The notes: generated by a model not told the origin, from the sequence alone. DNA of 32,000 nucleotides from Nitrosospira multiformis ATCC 25196 (GCF_000196355.1 NC_007614.1:30001-62000); one strand, 5' to 3'; shown: positions 18,801-28,701, numbered from the stretch's first letter. Numbers and translations: made by a program.

Positions 18801-18930
18801 AGGTAGCGAGGTGCGCTACGCAACGGGTATAACTGTCTTTGCCGGGATGCTCGGTGTGACTCTATTCGGATTGTTCCTTACCCCGGTTTTCTACGTGGCT
18901 TTGCGCAAGTTGGCCCGCCCCAAGCTGTAG
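15802..18930 (+). CDS. RND multidrug efflux permease (HAE1/AcrB-like)
   Basis: 1042 aa: FFIDRPIFAIVLSIVIFAAGLIAIPLLPAGEYPEVVPPSVVVRAMYHGANPKEIADSIAVPLEEAINSVEG; GIVVDDAIVVVENVERN; GLACKNAILIVEFA. Confidence 0.95.
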   Translation: MDFSRFFIDRPIFAIVLSIVIFAAGLIAIPLLPAGEYPEVVPPSVVVRAMYHGANPKEIADSIAVPLEEAINSVEGIMYMKSVAGSDGSLQVTITFTPGIDPDTAAVRVQNRVAQALSRLPNDVRQYGVTTQKQSPTPLMYVNLSSPDGRYDAVYLRNYMTLNIKDQLSRLKGVGNVGLYGEGDYAMRLWLDPNKLAARGLTASDVVDAVREQNVQVSAGQLGAQPSPRSADFLVPINVRGRLRSEQEFGDIVLKSADDGQLVRLADVGRVELGSSDYTLHAMIDNRGSTSAGIFLTPGANSLEVARTVYAKFEELAASFPPGIEYRVVWDPNVFVRDSIRAVGQTLIEAVFLVVLVVILFLQTWRASIIPLIAVPVSIIGTFAWLYLLGYSINTLTLFGLVLAVGIVVDDAIVVVENVERNIEEGLSPLAAAHQAMKEVSGPIIAIALVLCAVFVPMAFLSGVTGEFYKQFAVTIAISTVISAINSLTLSPALAAKLLRGHDAPKDAPTRVLERSLGWLFHPFNRLFLRSSGKYQSTVARTLGQRGRVFTVYAGLLLATVMLFHIVPTGFIPNQDKLYLFAGAKLPEGASLARTDAVTRQLNDLASSIEGVEMTESYVGMNALQSVNTPNQAASYVILKPFDQRRRSAESITAELNARLADIKDGQAYALLPPPIQGLGNGSGYSLYLVDRGGLGYGALQSATTKFQNAIAQTPGMTFPVSSYQANVPQLEVKVDRVKAKAQGVNLTDLFNTLQVYLGSFYINDFNLYGRVYRVMAQADAAFRQNAEDINNLYTRNSRGEMVPLGSMVTIQHTFGPDPVIRYNGYPAADLIGDADPRVLSSGQVIAKLSEIATEVLPPGITLEWTDLSYQQVTQGNAAVIVFPLSIMLAFLVLAALYESWTLPLAVILIVPVCMCAALFGIWLTGGDNNIFVQVGLVVLMGLACKNAILIVEFARELEIQGKDTIEAALEACRLRLRPIVMTSIAFIAGSVPLVLSQGAGSEVRYATGITVFAGMLGVTLFGLFLTPVFYVALRKLARPKL

Positions 18931-19142
18931 GATAAATTTGGCCTCGAATCAACATCCGGTCTTTTGCTGGTCGAGAAACGAAAGATATGGGTATAGGACG
19001 GGATTTGACCGTGCTTCCCCCTGACCGTGTCCCCTCACACTGTTACCGCTGCAGAGTTCATCGGTAAAGATAATGAGGTTGATCAGGGGGTCGCCACTAA
19101 CCGTTATATGAACGTCGATAAGTAAGCTGGAAACTGCCTTGG

Positions 19143-19829
19143 TTACGCAGCTGCGTACGTCTGTTTATGCCGGCGAGTCATAAAAATACCTAACATGCCG
19201 ACCATGACAAGCGCAAGAACTGTGGGCTCCGGAATTCTGTTATTCGGCAGCTCCGTAGCTGGCAGTGAGGGGTCAAAATATGCCTGGCTCGTCAGCCCCT
19301 GATTACCCACGTTCAGGTACCCTGCGGCAACAAGCTGCGAAGAGGAATTGCTTTTTAACCAATTCATGGTCCAGTTCGCACCCTGCATGCTGAGTTCGTA
19401 GGTTTTTCCATCGGCCACAAAATCTTTCACGAAGAAAAACCCGTTGAACACGCCATTATTGAATTGTATGGATGGGCCACCCAGCACATCCCCATTTCCG
19501 AACTCGAAACCCAACGGTCGACTTCCAAAGTCTATGTCGAAAATGGTGCTGTTCGAGGCGCCGGTAACTGCTGCGAGCGCAATGTTCACAGTACCGGTAC
19601 CACTCCCGGGGATGAGGCTTTGATCGAATAATACTTTTCCGCTAACGCTGCCAGCAGCGCAACCGCTGCATGTACTGGTCTGCTGCAAGCCCAGGCTGTT
19701 AGCCAACCCGTTAGTGGTGAGAATTCCACCGGAGAAATCGGCGGTCATATAAATAGGTGTTGCCTGAGCAGCCGATATTGCAGAGAGCAATACTCCAGAT
19801 GCAATTGCGTCGCGAAAAAATCTGTTCAC
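19143..19829 (-). CDS. PEP-CTERM sorting domain protein (secreted)
   Basis: 228 aa with N-terminal signal peptide and C-terminal IPEPTVLALVMVGMLGIFMTRRHKQTYAAA (PEP motif, TM helix, basic tail). Confidence 0.9.
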   Translation of the reverse strand: MNRFFRDAIASGVLLSAISAAQATPIYMTADFSGGILTTNGLANSLGLQQTSTCSGCAAGSVSGKVLFDQSLIPGSGTGTVNIALAAVTGASNSTIFDIDFGSRPLGFEFGNGDVLGGPSIQFNNGVFNGFFFVKDFVADGKTYELSMQGANWTMNWLKSNSSSQLVAAGYLNVGNQGLTSQAYFDPSLPATELPNNRIPEPTVLALVMVGMLGIFMTRRHKQTYAAA

Positions 19830-19905
19830 CTTACCCCCATGGATAGTGAAAAAATAGAACCTGGTGCCATCTTATCTACATCACATCGGATTCCTATTGG
19901 ACTTA

Positions 19906-19922
19906 AGTACACCCTGTACTTT
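19906..19922. promoter_or_regulatory. Inverted repeat AAGTACA-CCC-TGTACTT between divergent PEP-CTERM gene and metH
   Basis: Perfect 7-bp arms with 3-bp centre. Confidence 0.4.
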
Positions 19923-19931
19923 GGTACAAGG

Positions 19932-19992
19932 CGATGGGAGCGGGGAGACAGCCTTGCTCTAATACTCGTCTAATGACGTTCCGCTCCCATCG
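19932..19992. promoter_or_regulatory. 12-bp perfect inverted repeat (CGATGGGAGCGG ... CCGCTCCCATCG) upstream of metH
   Basis: Arms at 19932-19943 and 19981-19992 with a 37-nt spacer. Confidence 0.45.
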
Positions 19993-20135
19993 AATTCCCG
20001 CCTTATCCGGACAGAAGTCGTCATTGCCGCTATCAAGATACTCATCTCAGCCGGTTGGTTGTCATGAGCCTGCCGGAGGGAATGGTGGAGAAGGGCATGA
20101 TAGAATCCAGGCTCCACCCGAATTTTGGTATTGCC

Positions 20136-23100
20136 ATGAACGAACACCCTCGCATCAAATTACTGGAAGATCTGCTGGCTCGCCGCATCCTGCTGCTCGA
20201 TGGTGCCATGGGCACCATGATTCAGAGCCATAAGCTTGGCGAAAAGGACTATCGCGGGGAGCGCTTTGCCGATTTTCCGCATGACCTCCGGGGCAACAAC
20301 GATCTCCTGACGCTCACCCAGCCGCAGGTGATCCGTTCCATTCATGAAGCCTATCTGGAGGCAGGCGCAGACATTGTCGAAACCAACACTTTCAATTCCA
20401 CCGCGGCCTCGATGGGCGACTACCACATGCAGGACCTGGTGTATGAGCTGAACTTTGCCGGGGCCCGGCTGGCAAAGGAAGCAGCCCAAGCGATGGAAGC
20501 AAAGACGCCAGAGAAGCCGCGCTTTGTCGCGGGCGTGCTGGGACCGACCACCAAAACCGCTTCGATTTCTCCCGACGTGAACGACCCCGGCTTCCGCGGC
20601 ATCACATTCGACCAGCTGGTGGAGGATTATTCCGAATCCATTCGCGGCCTGCTGGACGGCGGAGCTGATATTCTGCTGGTGGAAACCATATTCGATACCC
20701 TCAATGCGAAAGCGGCACTGTTTGCCATAGACCGGTATTTCGAAACCCATCAGGTACGTGTTCCCATCATGATTTCGGCCACGATAACGGATGCTTCGGG
20801 ACGCACGCTTTCCGGCCAGACGCCGGAAGCATTCTGGAACTCCGTATCTCATGCCCGTCCGTTGTCCGTAGGCCTCAACTGCGCCTTGGGGGCGGAGCTG
20901 ATGCGCCCCTACGTCGAGGAGCTTTCCAGGGTTGCAGGCGTGTATGTGAGTGCTCACCCCAACGCGGGCTTGCCCAATCCGCTGGCGGAGACGGGCTATG
21001 ACGAATCCCCGGAATATACTGCCGGATTGATCAAAGGGTATGCGCAAGCCGGTTTTGTGAATATCGTCGGCGGTTGCTGCGGCACCACGCCTGCGCATAT
21101 CAAAGCCATTGCAGACGCCGTAGGGAGTATCCCACCTCGGGTCGTGCCGGATGTTCCAAAGAAGCTTCGTCTTTCCGGTCTTGAACCGCTCAACATCGGT
21201 GATGACTCCCTGTTTGTAAACGTCGGGGAGCGGACCAACGTCACCGGTTCGAAAGCCTTTGCCCGCCTGATACTCGGCAACAACTATGCGGAAGCACTGA
21301 GCGTCGGACGCAGCCAGGTCGAGAATGGGGCGCAGATCATCGACATCAACATGGACGAGGCGATGCTCGATTCGCAGAAGGCGATGGTTACTTTCCTGAA
21401 CCTCGTCGCTGCGGAGCCGGATATCAGCCGTGTGCCGATCATGATCGACTCCAGCAAGTGGTCGGTCATTGAAGCCGGGCTGAAGTGCGTGCAGGGCAAG
21501 CCTATCATCAACTCCATCAGCCTCAAGGAAGGTGAAGCCGAATTCATCGAACATGCGAAACTCGCCCGGCGTTATGGCGCTGCGGTCATCGTGATGGCGT
21601 TCGACGAGACCGGGCAGGCGGACACCTTGGCGCGCAAGGTGGAGATTTGCGCGCGCTGCTACCGTATTCTTGTTGATCAGGTTGGTTTCCCCCCTGAGGA
21701 CATCATCTTTGATCCGAATATCTTTGCAATCGCTACCGGGATAGAAGAACACAATAATTACGGCGTGGATTTCATCGAAGCGACCCGCGCCATCAAGGAA
21801 AAGCTGCCGTATGCGAAGGTGAGCGGCGGCGTTTCAAATGTTTCCTTCTCCTTCCGCGGCAATGAGCCCGTGCGGGAAGCGATCCATACTGCCTTTCTCT
21901 ACCATGCCGTTCGCGCCGGGATGACGATGGGCATCGTGAACGCTGGTCAGCTCGGCGTTTATTCCGATATCCCCAAGGACCTGCTGGAGCGAGTCGAGGA
22001 TGTATTGCTCAACCGCCCCGTTCCGGGAGACGGAGAGACTACCGCCACCGAGCGCCTCGTGGAGTTTGCCGAGAGCTTCAAGGGACAAAGCAAGGAAAGC
22101 ACCGAAGACCTTGCGTGGCGAAACGGTTCGCTGCAGGAGCGGCTGACGCATGCCCTGGTCAAGGGAATTACCACCTATATCGTGGAAGATACCGAGGCAG
22201 CCCGGCAGGAAATAGCCGCACAGGGTGGACGGCCGATTCAGGTGATCGAAGGCCCGCTGATGAACGGGATGAATGTCGTCGGCGATCTGTTCGGCTCGGG
22301 CAAGATGTTCCTGCCCCAGGTGGTGAAATCGGCGCGCGTGATGAAACAGGCGGTGGCGCACCTCCTGCCCTTCATCGAGGCGGAAAAGAAGTTGTCGGGG
22401 GATTCCAAACCCAAGGGCAAGATCGTCATTGCCACCGTCAAGGGCGATGTGCATGACATAGGCAAAAATATCGTCACCGTGGTGCTTCAGTGCAACAATT
22501 ATGAAGTAGTGAACATGGGGGTGATGGTCCCCAGTGCCCAAATTCTGGAGACTGCCAGACGCGAAAATGCCGACATGATCGGCTTGTCCGGCTTGATTAC
22601 GCCCTCCCTGGAAGAAATGGCGCATGTGGCAAAGGAGATGGAGCGCGAAGGTTTTACCATTCCGCTATTGATTGGCGGAGCCACCACCTCGCGCGTGCAC
22701 ACGGCGGTGAAGGTGGCGCCCAAATACAGTGGTGTTACCGTATGGGTGCCGGATGCCAGCCGCGCGGTCGGCGTATGCAGCAATCTGCTGTCGGAGGATT
22801 TACGGGCGGACTATATTCAGCAAATCCAGACCGAGTATGAGAGGGTACGGGCGCAGCATAAAAACAAGAAAGGGCCGGCGCCGATGCTATCCATTGCAGA
22901 CGCCCGCAAGAACGCATTCAAAACGGATTGGGAGACCTACTCCCCTCCTTCCCCCGGCTTTACCGGTTTGAGGTCCTTGCGAAACTATCCGCTGGAAAAA
23001 CTGGTGCCCTTCATAGACTGGACGCCGTTCTTTCAGGCATGGGAGCTGTCGGGACGTTTCCCAGCCATTCTGGAGGATGAGGTGGTCGGCGAGGCCGCCA

Positions 23101-23867
23101 GCAATCTCTACCGCGATGCGCAAGTGATGCTGAAAAAGATCGTGGAGCAGAAATGGCTTACAGCAAATGCCGTATTCGGCCTGTTTCCAGCCAATACAGT
23201 CAACAGTGACGATATCGAAATCTATACGGACAAAGCCCGCGAGCGGGTAGCGATGACCTTTCATAACCTGCGCCAGCAGACCATGAAACCGGACGGCAAG
23301 CCCAATCTGTGCCTGGCGGATTTCATTGCCCCCAGGGAAAGCGGCATTACCGATACCATCGGCGCGTTCGCGGTGACTGCGGGAATGGGCATCGAGGCAA
23401 AGTTAAAGGTGTTCGAGGAGGCGCATGATGATTACAGCGCAATTATCCTGAAAGCGCTGGCGGATCGTCTGGCAGAAGCCTTTGCGGAACACATGCACTG
23501 GCGGATACGGCGTGAATTCTGGGGCTTTGTCAAAGATGAAAACCTGAGCAACGAGCAGCTGGTTGCGGAAGAATATCAGGGCATTCGCCCGGCGCCCGGC
23601 TACCCGGCCTGCCCGGATCACACCGAGAAGGGCCCTTTGTTTGAAATGCTGAAAGCGCCTGAAAATGCTGGCATCATCGTGACTGAATCCTTTGCCATGG
23701 TACCCACAGCCGCGGTATCAGGCTTTTACTTTTCCCACCCGGAAGCCAGATATTTCGCAGTTGGCAAGATCGGCAAGGATCAGGTGGAGGATTACGCAAG
23801 GCGCAAGGGCTGGACGATGGAAGAAACGGAGACGTGGCTGGCACCTGTTCTGGCGTATGAAAGATAG
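20136..23867 (+). CDS. metH: Cobalamin-dependent methionine synthase
   Basis: DGAMGTMIQ; [19 protein letters not shown]; [30 protein letters not shown] (B12-binding); [10 protein letters not shown]; C-terminal activation domain RIRREFWGF / [19 protein letters not shown]. Start at 20136 ([14 protein letters not shown]) preferred over 20055. Confidence 0.97.
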   Translation: MNEHPRIKLLEDLLARRILLLDGAMGTMIQSHKLGEKDYRGERFADFPHDLRGNNDLLTLTQPQVIRSIHEAYLEAGADIVETNTFNSTAASMGDYHMQDLVYELNFAGARLAKEAAQAMEAKTPEKPRFVAGVLGPTTKTASISPDVNDPGFRGITFDQLVEDYSESIRGLLDGGADILLVETIFDTLNAKAALFAIDRYFETHQVRVPIMISATITDASGRTLSGQTPEAFWNSVSHARPLSVGLNCALGAELMRPYVEELSRVAGVYVSAHPNAGLPNPLAETGYDESPEYTAGLIKGYAQAGFVNIVGGCCGTTPAHIKAIADAVGSIPPRVVPDVPKKLRLSGLEPLNIGDDSLFVNVGERTNVTGSKAFARLILGNNYAEALSVGRSQVENGAQIIDINMDEAMLDSQKAMVTFLNLVAAEPDISRVPIMIDSSKWSVIEAGLKCVQGKPIINSISLKEGEAEFIEHAKLARRYGAAVIVMAFDETGQADTLARKVEICARCYRILVDQVGFPPEDIIFDPNIFAIATGIEEHNNYGVDFIEATRAIKEKLPYAKVSGGVSNVSFSFRGNEPVREAIHTAFLYHAVRAGMTMGIVNAGQLGVYSDIPKDLLERVEDVLLNRPVPGDGETTATERLVEFAESFKGQSKESTEDLAWRNGSLQERLTHALVKGITTYIVEDTEAARQEIAAQGGRPIQVIEGPLMNGMNVVGDLFGSGKMFLPQVVKSARVMKQAVAHLLPFIEAEKKLSGDSKPKGKIVIATVKGDVHDIGKNIVTVVLQCNNYEVVNMGVMVPSAQILETARRENADMIGLSGLITPSLEEMAHVAKEMEREGFTIPLLIGGATTSRVHTAVKVAPKYSGVTVWVPDASRAVGVCSNLLSEDLRADYIQQIQTEYERVRAQHKNKKGPAPMLSIADARKNAFKTDWETYSPPSPGFTGLRSLRNYPLEKLVPFIDWTPFFQAWELSGRFPAILEDEVVGEAASNLYRDAQVMLKKIVEQKWLTANAVFGLFPANTVNSDDIEIYTDKARERVAMTFHNLRQQTMKPDGKPNLCLADFIAPRESGITDTIGAFAVTAGMGIEAKLKVFEEAHDDYSAIILKALADRLAEAFAEHMHWRIRREFWGFVKDENLSNEQLVAEEYQGIRPAPGYPACPDHTEKGPLFEMLKAPENAGIIVTESFAMVPTAAVSGFYFSHPEARYFAVGKIGKDQVEDYARRKGWTMEETETWLAPVLAYER

Positions 23868-23960
23868 CCGTATGAAAGATGGAGAATGCGATGTTCGGCA
23901 ATGCTAAACAAAGCAAAAAAAATGAAGTCATGCTTAGGGCCTGTTCACAGTAGTTGATTT

Positions 23961-24362
23961 GTGTTTACATCCGGAATTTGGATGTGGGTCATGGATCGGG
24001 ACATGTTGAGCGATGCGCAGTGGGCTCGTATTTCGGGACTATTGCCGGGCAAGCCAACCGACAAGGGAGGGCGAGCGGCGGATAACCGGTTGTTCGTTGA
24101 GGCGGTGCTATACACGGCGCGGGTTGGAAACCCCTGGCGCGACCTGCCGCCGAAGTTTGGGAACTGGCATTCGGTGTATGTGCGCTTCGCGCGCTGGGAA
24201 GCCAACGGCGTGTGGTCGCGTGTTGCCGAAGCGCTCCAGGGCGAGGCCGATCTGGAAGAGCTATTCATCGACTCAACCGTCGTGCGTGCGCACCAGCACT
24301 CGGCTGGCGCGTCAAAAAAAACGGTAGCGATCAGGCGATCGGCCGCTCGCGTGGTGGGCTGA
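23961..24362 (+). CDS. IS5-family transposase, first frame
   Basis: DRDMLSDAQWARISGLLPGKPTDKGGRAADNRLFVEAVLYTARVGNPWRDLPPKFGNWHSVYVRFARW...LEELFIDSTVVRAHQHSAGASKK; start may be the internal Met before DRDML. Confidence 0.85.
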   Translation: MFTSGIWMWVMDRDMLSDAQWARISGLLPGKPTDKGGRAADNRLFVEAVLYTARVGNPWRDLPPKFGNWHSVYVRFARWEANGVWSRVAEALQGEADLEELFIDSTVVRAHQHSAGASKKTVAIRRSAARVVG

Positions 24363-24745
24363 CTACCAAGATCCATGCATGCGTGGATGCCTTGGGCAAT
24401 CCATTGCGCCTGATCCTCACCGGTGGCCAAGTAGCCGACATTACACAAGGGCCCGCACTGATCAATTCCATCAAGACTGATGCAGTTGTCGCCGACAAGG
24501 GATACGACAGCCACGTGTTCGTCGCAGTGATCACCGAGACGGGGGCTGAGGCCGTCATCCCGTCTCGGAGCAACCGATGCGCCTCGCGCGAGTTCGATCG
24601 GGAGCGGTACAAAGCGCGTAACCTGGTGGAGCGATTCTTCAATCGGCTCAAACAATTTCGTCGCCTCGCGACCCGCTACGACAAACTCGCCAACCGCTTC
24701 AATGCTTTCTTGCATCTGGCTTGCGCCTACATCTGGCTACTGTGA
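24212..24745 (+). CDS. IS5-family transposase, second frame (-1 relative to first)
   Basis: Conserved part ...NGSDQAIGRSRGGLTTKIHACVDALGNPLRLILTGGQVADITQ...ADKGYDSHVFV...ARNLVERFFNRLKQFRRLATRYDKLA. Functional translation probably enters through the A8 run near 24314-24321; the listed start is only the ORF-track start. Confidence 0.8.
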   Translation: MVACCRSAPGRGRSGRAIHRLNRRACAPALGWRVKKNGSDQAIGRSRGGLTTKIHACVDALGNPLRLILTGGQVADITQGPALINSIKTDAVVADKGYDSHVFVAVITETGAEAVIPSRSNRCASREFDRERYKARNLVERFFNRLKQFRRLATRYDKLANRFNAFLHLACAYIWLL

Positions 24746-24841
24746 ACACGCTCTAGTAACGCCACATCGAATACCGATAAGACCGGCTGCTTTGATTCGG
24801 CTGAAAGCGAGAGGTTCGAGCACGAACGCTGGAAGGTTGCG

Positions 24842-25651
24842 ATGGATGCAAACTCGGTGTTGGGCGCGATTACGAAAAGCACTCTTGAACAACTGGGCCA
24901 ACTGATTCGGAACCTCGAAAGATTGGTCGGGTTATTGGATGAATGCCCAATCTCAGCAGGCTTGGAGTCTGAGTGGAATGATGAGTACTGTGAAAAAGTA
25001 TCCAAGCTGGCGCAAGAAGTAGAAGCGCTTGCATACAGTACTCGAATTCCGCAACCCCTTATTCCATTTACCGGATTCTACGATACGTTCGGGATTAAAA
25101 CACATGCTTACGTATCGTTTCTTCATAGTCTTCGTGCAGAGCGCTCGACTTGGCTCCCCCGTCCTGAAGGTTATTTCGGAAACATCGAAGCACTGAAGTT
25201 TCCGGATCAGCTCATTACTTTCCATCAAAGAGTGTACGAAATTTATGATCGCTGGACGAGGGTTGGGGATTTACGCCAGGCAGCGGGCAAGCCGAGTGGA
25301 TATACGCTATCAAGACGATTTGATGAGCATCAGGTTGAAGAACTCAGTAAGACTTCCCGGTTCCGCAGAATGCTTGAAAGCGCTCTTAAAGACGCGTTTA
25401 CCGATGCTGACCAAAAGGAACTTCTAGGGGAAATAACTCATGCGGCGGTTGTGTACGCAAAGGATTTTCGCTTGGAACTCCATGGCATCGCCTCGGTTCT
25501 GGTATGGATCGAGGCTGCCAAGCGTTATGCCCATCATATTAGCGATAATGCGCACAGAATGCAGCATTCTGCTTTGGAGCGTGAGCTCGCGAAGGTGTGG
25601 GATGCAGGAAGAGTTCAGGAAATCCATTCTCTATCATGTAAGAGCCGATAA
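24842..25651 (+). CDS. Hypothetical protein, 269 aa
   Basis: Long ORF with SD-like GGAAGG about 6 nt before ATG; no family recognised. Confidence 0.5.
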   Translation: MDANSVLGAITKSTLEQLGQLIRNLERLVGLLDECPISAGLESEWNDEYCEKVSKLAQEVEALAYSTRIPQPLIPFTGFYDTFGIKTHAYVSFLHSLRAERSTWLPRPEGYFGNIEALKFPDQLITFHQRVYEIYDRWTRVGDLRQAAGKPSGYTLSRRFDEHQVEELSKTSRFRRMLESALKDAFTDADQKELLGEITHAAVVYAKDFRLELHGIASVLVWIEAAKRYAHHISDNAHRMQHSALERELAKVWDAGRVQEIHSLSCKSR

Positions 25652-25668
25652 TCTGATTATTTTTAATT

Positions 25669-26367
25669 TTAATTTGCGCCAAAAAAGTCTCCCTCTTGTT
25701 CTGAAATCAACGGACGAAACAATTCTTCCCCCTGATTCACTACCTTGCCCACTGCCTGGGTTACAGGCCATGCCTGCATCCTGTTCTCATCACAGGGCTT
25801 GAGCAGGGATAGCAGGATCTCATTCCTCCTCAGGTCCGGGTCAAGCCATGTATCCCAGGCATCCTCGGGAAGTATGACCGGCATCCGATCATGGATCGGC
25901 TGCATCAGCGCATTGCACCCGGTCGTGATGATGGCGCAACTTTCTTTTGCTTCTCCCGTATCGGTGACCCAGGTTTCGTATATGCCGGCGAATGAAAATG
26001 GTGCGCCGTCGCGGCTGGATATAAAGTACGGCTGCTTGCGCCGGCTCTCCGTTTTCCATTCGAAGAACCCGGAAGCGGGGATCAGGCAGCGCCGCTGGCG
26101 GAAGGGCTGTCTGAACGCAGGTTTTTCGGCTACCGTTTCTGCCCTGGCATTATTCAATACCGGCAGCTTCTTCACATCCTTGATCCAGTAAGGAATGAGG
26201 CCCCAGCGCATCATGGAGCCCATGCGGCCGCTGTCAGTATCGCGTATGGCGAGTATTTCCATGGTGGGCGCAATGTTGTAGCGGGGTTTCAGTTCCGGCA
26301 TGAATGAAGCGCGGTACCACTCCGCCAATACAGGATCAGGATGGTTCAAGCCGTAGCGGCCACACAT
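25669..26367 (-). CDS. yedK: SRAP (HMCES/YedK) abasic-site processing protein
   Basis: MCGRYGLNHPDPVLAEWY (catalytic Cys2), PRYNIAPTMEILAIR, MRWGLIPYW, NARAETVAEKPAFR, RRCLIPASGFFEWK, FSFAGIYETW, HDRMPVILP. Confidence 0.95.
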   Translation of the reverse strand: MCGRYGLNHPDPVLAEWYRASFMPELKPRYNIAPTMEILAIRDTDSGRMGSMMRWGLIPYWIKDVKKLPVLNNARAETVAEKPAFRQPFRQRRCLIPASGFFEWKTESRRKQPYFISSRDGAPFSFAGIYETWVTDTGEAKESCAIITTGCNALMQPIHDRMPVILPEDAWDTWLDPDLRRNEILLSLLKPCDENRMQAWPVTQAVGKVVNQGEELFRPLISEQEGDFFGAN

Positions 26368-26538
26368 TTTCAGCTATCCTTTCGAGACAGGTCATACTTT
26401 TTTCATATTGCATCCGGCCGCTTGGCAAACATTCTGCCCCTTGGGTTCATGACTTCCCCTGCCTCGCCTTCATAGGGGCTTCAATCCTCGCCCCGTTATG
26501 GGTGTCCGGGGGAGAAACAAGCTTGCTCGCCGTTCCTG

Positions 26539-28701
26539 TCACTCCTTCACGCGGCTGATCTTCGCCACTTCAGGAATCCGCCTCAAACTGCGAATCACTT
26601 GTGCCAGATGATGACGATTGCGTACCTGCAAGACGAAATTCATATTGGTATATGCGCCATCGCCCTCCATGGCGACATTATCGATATTGGAATCCGCATC
26701 AGCGATGGCTGCCGCCACCCTGGCGAGTACTCCTCGCTGGTTGGCCACCATCAGCTTGATACCCACTTCGAACTGCCGGTCGATGTCCTTGCCCCAGGCC
26801 ACATCCAGCCAATTGTCCGAACTGCCCTTGTTTTTGGTTACTGCCGGACAGTCATCGGTATGGATTACGAGCCCCTGATCTTTCTTGATAAACGCTATAA
26901 CCGGGTCACCGGGAATAGGCCGGCAGCACCTGGCAAATTGTACGGCCATGCCCTCGGTACCGAGTATCGTGATGACATCCGTAGCTCCGCTCGCCCCGAG
27001 AGTGGATTCGCCGGGTGAAGCCGCAAGCCGCCGTGCAATCACTGCCGGTAAATGCTTACCCAGGCCCATATCCGCCAGCAAATCGGTTCTGGATTTGGCG
27101 CCGCTTTCACGCGTCAGTTTTTCCCACTGCGCCTCGCTGATTGTCTGCGGATCGACCTTGAGCGTGGCGAATGCCTGATTCAACAGACGCTCCCCGAGCT
27201 TCGCCGATTCCTCGTATTGCATGGTCTTGAGAAAACGCCGGATATGCGAGCGCGCCTTGCCGGTAACGACGTAATTCAGCCACGCCGGATTAGGCTTGGC
27301 ATGGGAGGCGGTTACAATTTCCACACGGTCTCCGCTTCTGAGCACTGTGCGCAGCGGCGCATTCTCCCCGTTTATTTTTGCCGCAACACAACAATCGCCG
27401 ATGTCCGTATGCACCGCATAGGCGAAATCCACCGCAGTCGACCCCTTGGGCAGTGCCAGTATCTCGCCCTGGGGCGTAAAGACGTAGACCTCGCCGGGAA
27501 ACAGGTCAACCTTGATGTGTTCCAGAAATTCCAGCGAATCGGTGGAATCACTCATGGTTTCGAGCAGGCTCTGCAACCACTGATGGGTTTTCATGTTCAA
27601 ATCGTTCAGATCCGCGTCGGAGCTCTTGTAGAGCCAGTGCGAGGCAACGCCGGCCTCTGCAATCCGGTGCATTTCCGGTGTCCGGATCTGGATTTCGATC
27701 GGCGTGCCGTAAGGCCCCCATAAGGTGCTGTGCAGGGACTGGTAGCCGTTGGCCTTGGGGATGGCGATGTAATCCTTGAATTTCCCGGGAATGGGATTGT
27801 AGAGGCTGTGCAGTGCGCCCAGCGCGATGTAGCACGAGGCCACATCCTTTACGATGACGCGAAAACCATAGATATCCAGAATCTCGGAAAACGAAAGATG
27901 CTTCTCCACCATCTTCTTGTAGATGCTGTAGAGCTGTTTCTCGCGGCCGGTTACTTCCGCATCCAACCCTGCGGTCTTCAGGCGCTGCTTCATAGTCTCG
28001 AGGATTTTCGTCACCATTTCGCGGCGGTTTCCGCGCGCCGCCCTGGTGGCGTTGGTCAGAACCCGATAGCGCCTCGGATACAGATAACGGAAGCTTAAGT
28101 CCTGTAATTCATGGTAAATATTGTTGAGCCCAAGCCGATTGGCAATAGGCGCGTAGATCTCCATGGTTTCACGGGCGATGCGCCGCTTTTTCTCCGGCCG
28201 CATGGCCTCCAGGGTGCGCATATTGTGCAACCGATCCGCCAGCTTGATGAGAATGACGCGCACATCCCGCGCCATTGCCAGCAGCATTTTGCGGAAATTC
28301 TCCGCCTGCGCATCCGCGTGGCTCTGGAATTCGATCTTGTCCAGCTTGGAAACACCGTCCACCAGTTCGGCGACCGACTTGCCAAAGCGATCCCCGATCT
28401 CAGCTTTGGAAACGTGCGTATCTTCCATCACGTCGTGCAGCAGCGCTGCCGCCAGCGTCTGGCTGTCGAGGCGCAGTTTGCCCAGGATGCTGGCTACTGC
28501 CAGGGGATGAGAGATATAAGGTTCGCCGGATTGGCGGAATTGGCCCGAGTGGGCGCTCTGACTGAAGAGATAGGCGTTCTGAAGCTCGGATACGTCTTCC
28601 CGCGTGAGATAGCTGGAGAGTTCGTGAAAAAGGAAACTCGCCTCGGGCAAAGTAGCAGAAGAACTGGACAGACCTCGCGCCTGCATCGTCATTTCCTTCA
28701 T
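26539..28701 (-). CDS. spoT: RelA/SpoT-type (p)ppGpp synthetase/hydrolase
   Basis: HD region LAAALLHDVMEDTHVSKAEIGDRFG, KLADRLHNMRTLEAM; synthetase YGFRVIVKDV, KDYIAIPKANGYQSLHS; TGS and ACT domains; located downstream of rpoZ. Confidence 0.96.
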   Translation of the reverse strand: MKEMTMQARGLSSSSATLPEASFLFHELSSYLTREDVSELQNAYLFSQSAHSGQFRQSGEPYISHPLAVASILGKLRLDSQTLAAALLHDVMEDTHVSKAEIGDRFGKSVAELVDGVSKLDKIEFQSHADAQAENFRKMLLAMARDVRVILIKLADRLHNMRTLEAMRPEKKRRIARETMEIYAPIANRLGLNNIYHELQDLSFRYLYPRRYRVLTNATRAARGNRREMVTKILETMKQRLKTAGLDAEVTGREKQLYSIYKKMVEKHLSFSEILDIYGFRVIVKDVASCYIALGALHSLYNPIPGKFKDYIAIPKANGYQSLHSTLWGPYGTPIEIQIRTPEMHRIAEAGVASHWLYKSSDADLNDLNMKTHQWLQSLLETMSDSTDSLEFLEHIKVDLFPGEVYVFTPQGEILALPKGSTAVDFAYAVHTDIGDCCVAAKINGENAPLRTVLRSGDRVEIVTASHAKPNPAWLNYVVTGKARSHIRRFLKTMQYEESAKLGERLLNQAFATLKVDPQTISEAQWEKLTRESGAKSRTDLLADMGLGKHLPAVIARRLAASPGESTLGASGATDVITILGTEGMAVQFARCCRPIPGDPVIAFIKKDQGLVIHTDDCPAVTKNKGSSDNWLDVAWGKDIDRQFEVGIKLMVANQRGVLARVAAAIADADSNIDNVAMEGDGAYTNMNFVLQVRNRHHLAQVIRSLRRIPEVAKISRVKE

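Larger units (their letters stand above)
23937..24753 (+). mobile_element. Complete IS5-family (IS427-like) insertion sequence, 817 bp
   Basis: Terminal inverted repeats GGGCCTGTTCACAGTAG (23937-23953) and the complement of 24737-24753 (GAGCGTGTTCACAGTAG), 15/17 match. Flanked by TA direct repeats (23935-23936, 24754-24755). Encodes a DDE transposase in two frames. Confidence 0.9.

Noticed and set aside
19014-19096. CCCCCTGA / TCAGGGGG 8-bp inverted repeat between the RND gene and the PEP-CTERM gene
   Set aside because: Arms far apart with no terminator U-run; too weak to call.
19144-19157. 14-bp perfect palindrome TACGCAGCTGCGTA
   Set aside because: Lies in the 3' end of the PEP-CTERM coding region, has no loop or U-run, and is consistent with chance.
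23945-24715. 256 aa minus-strand ORF inside the IS
   Set aside because: Antisense to the transposase; no domain recognisable.
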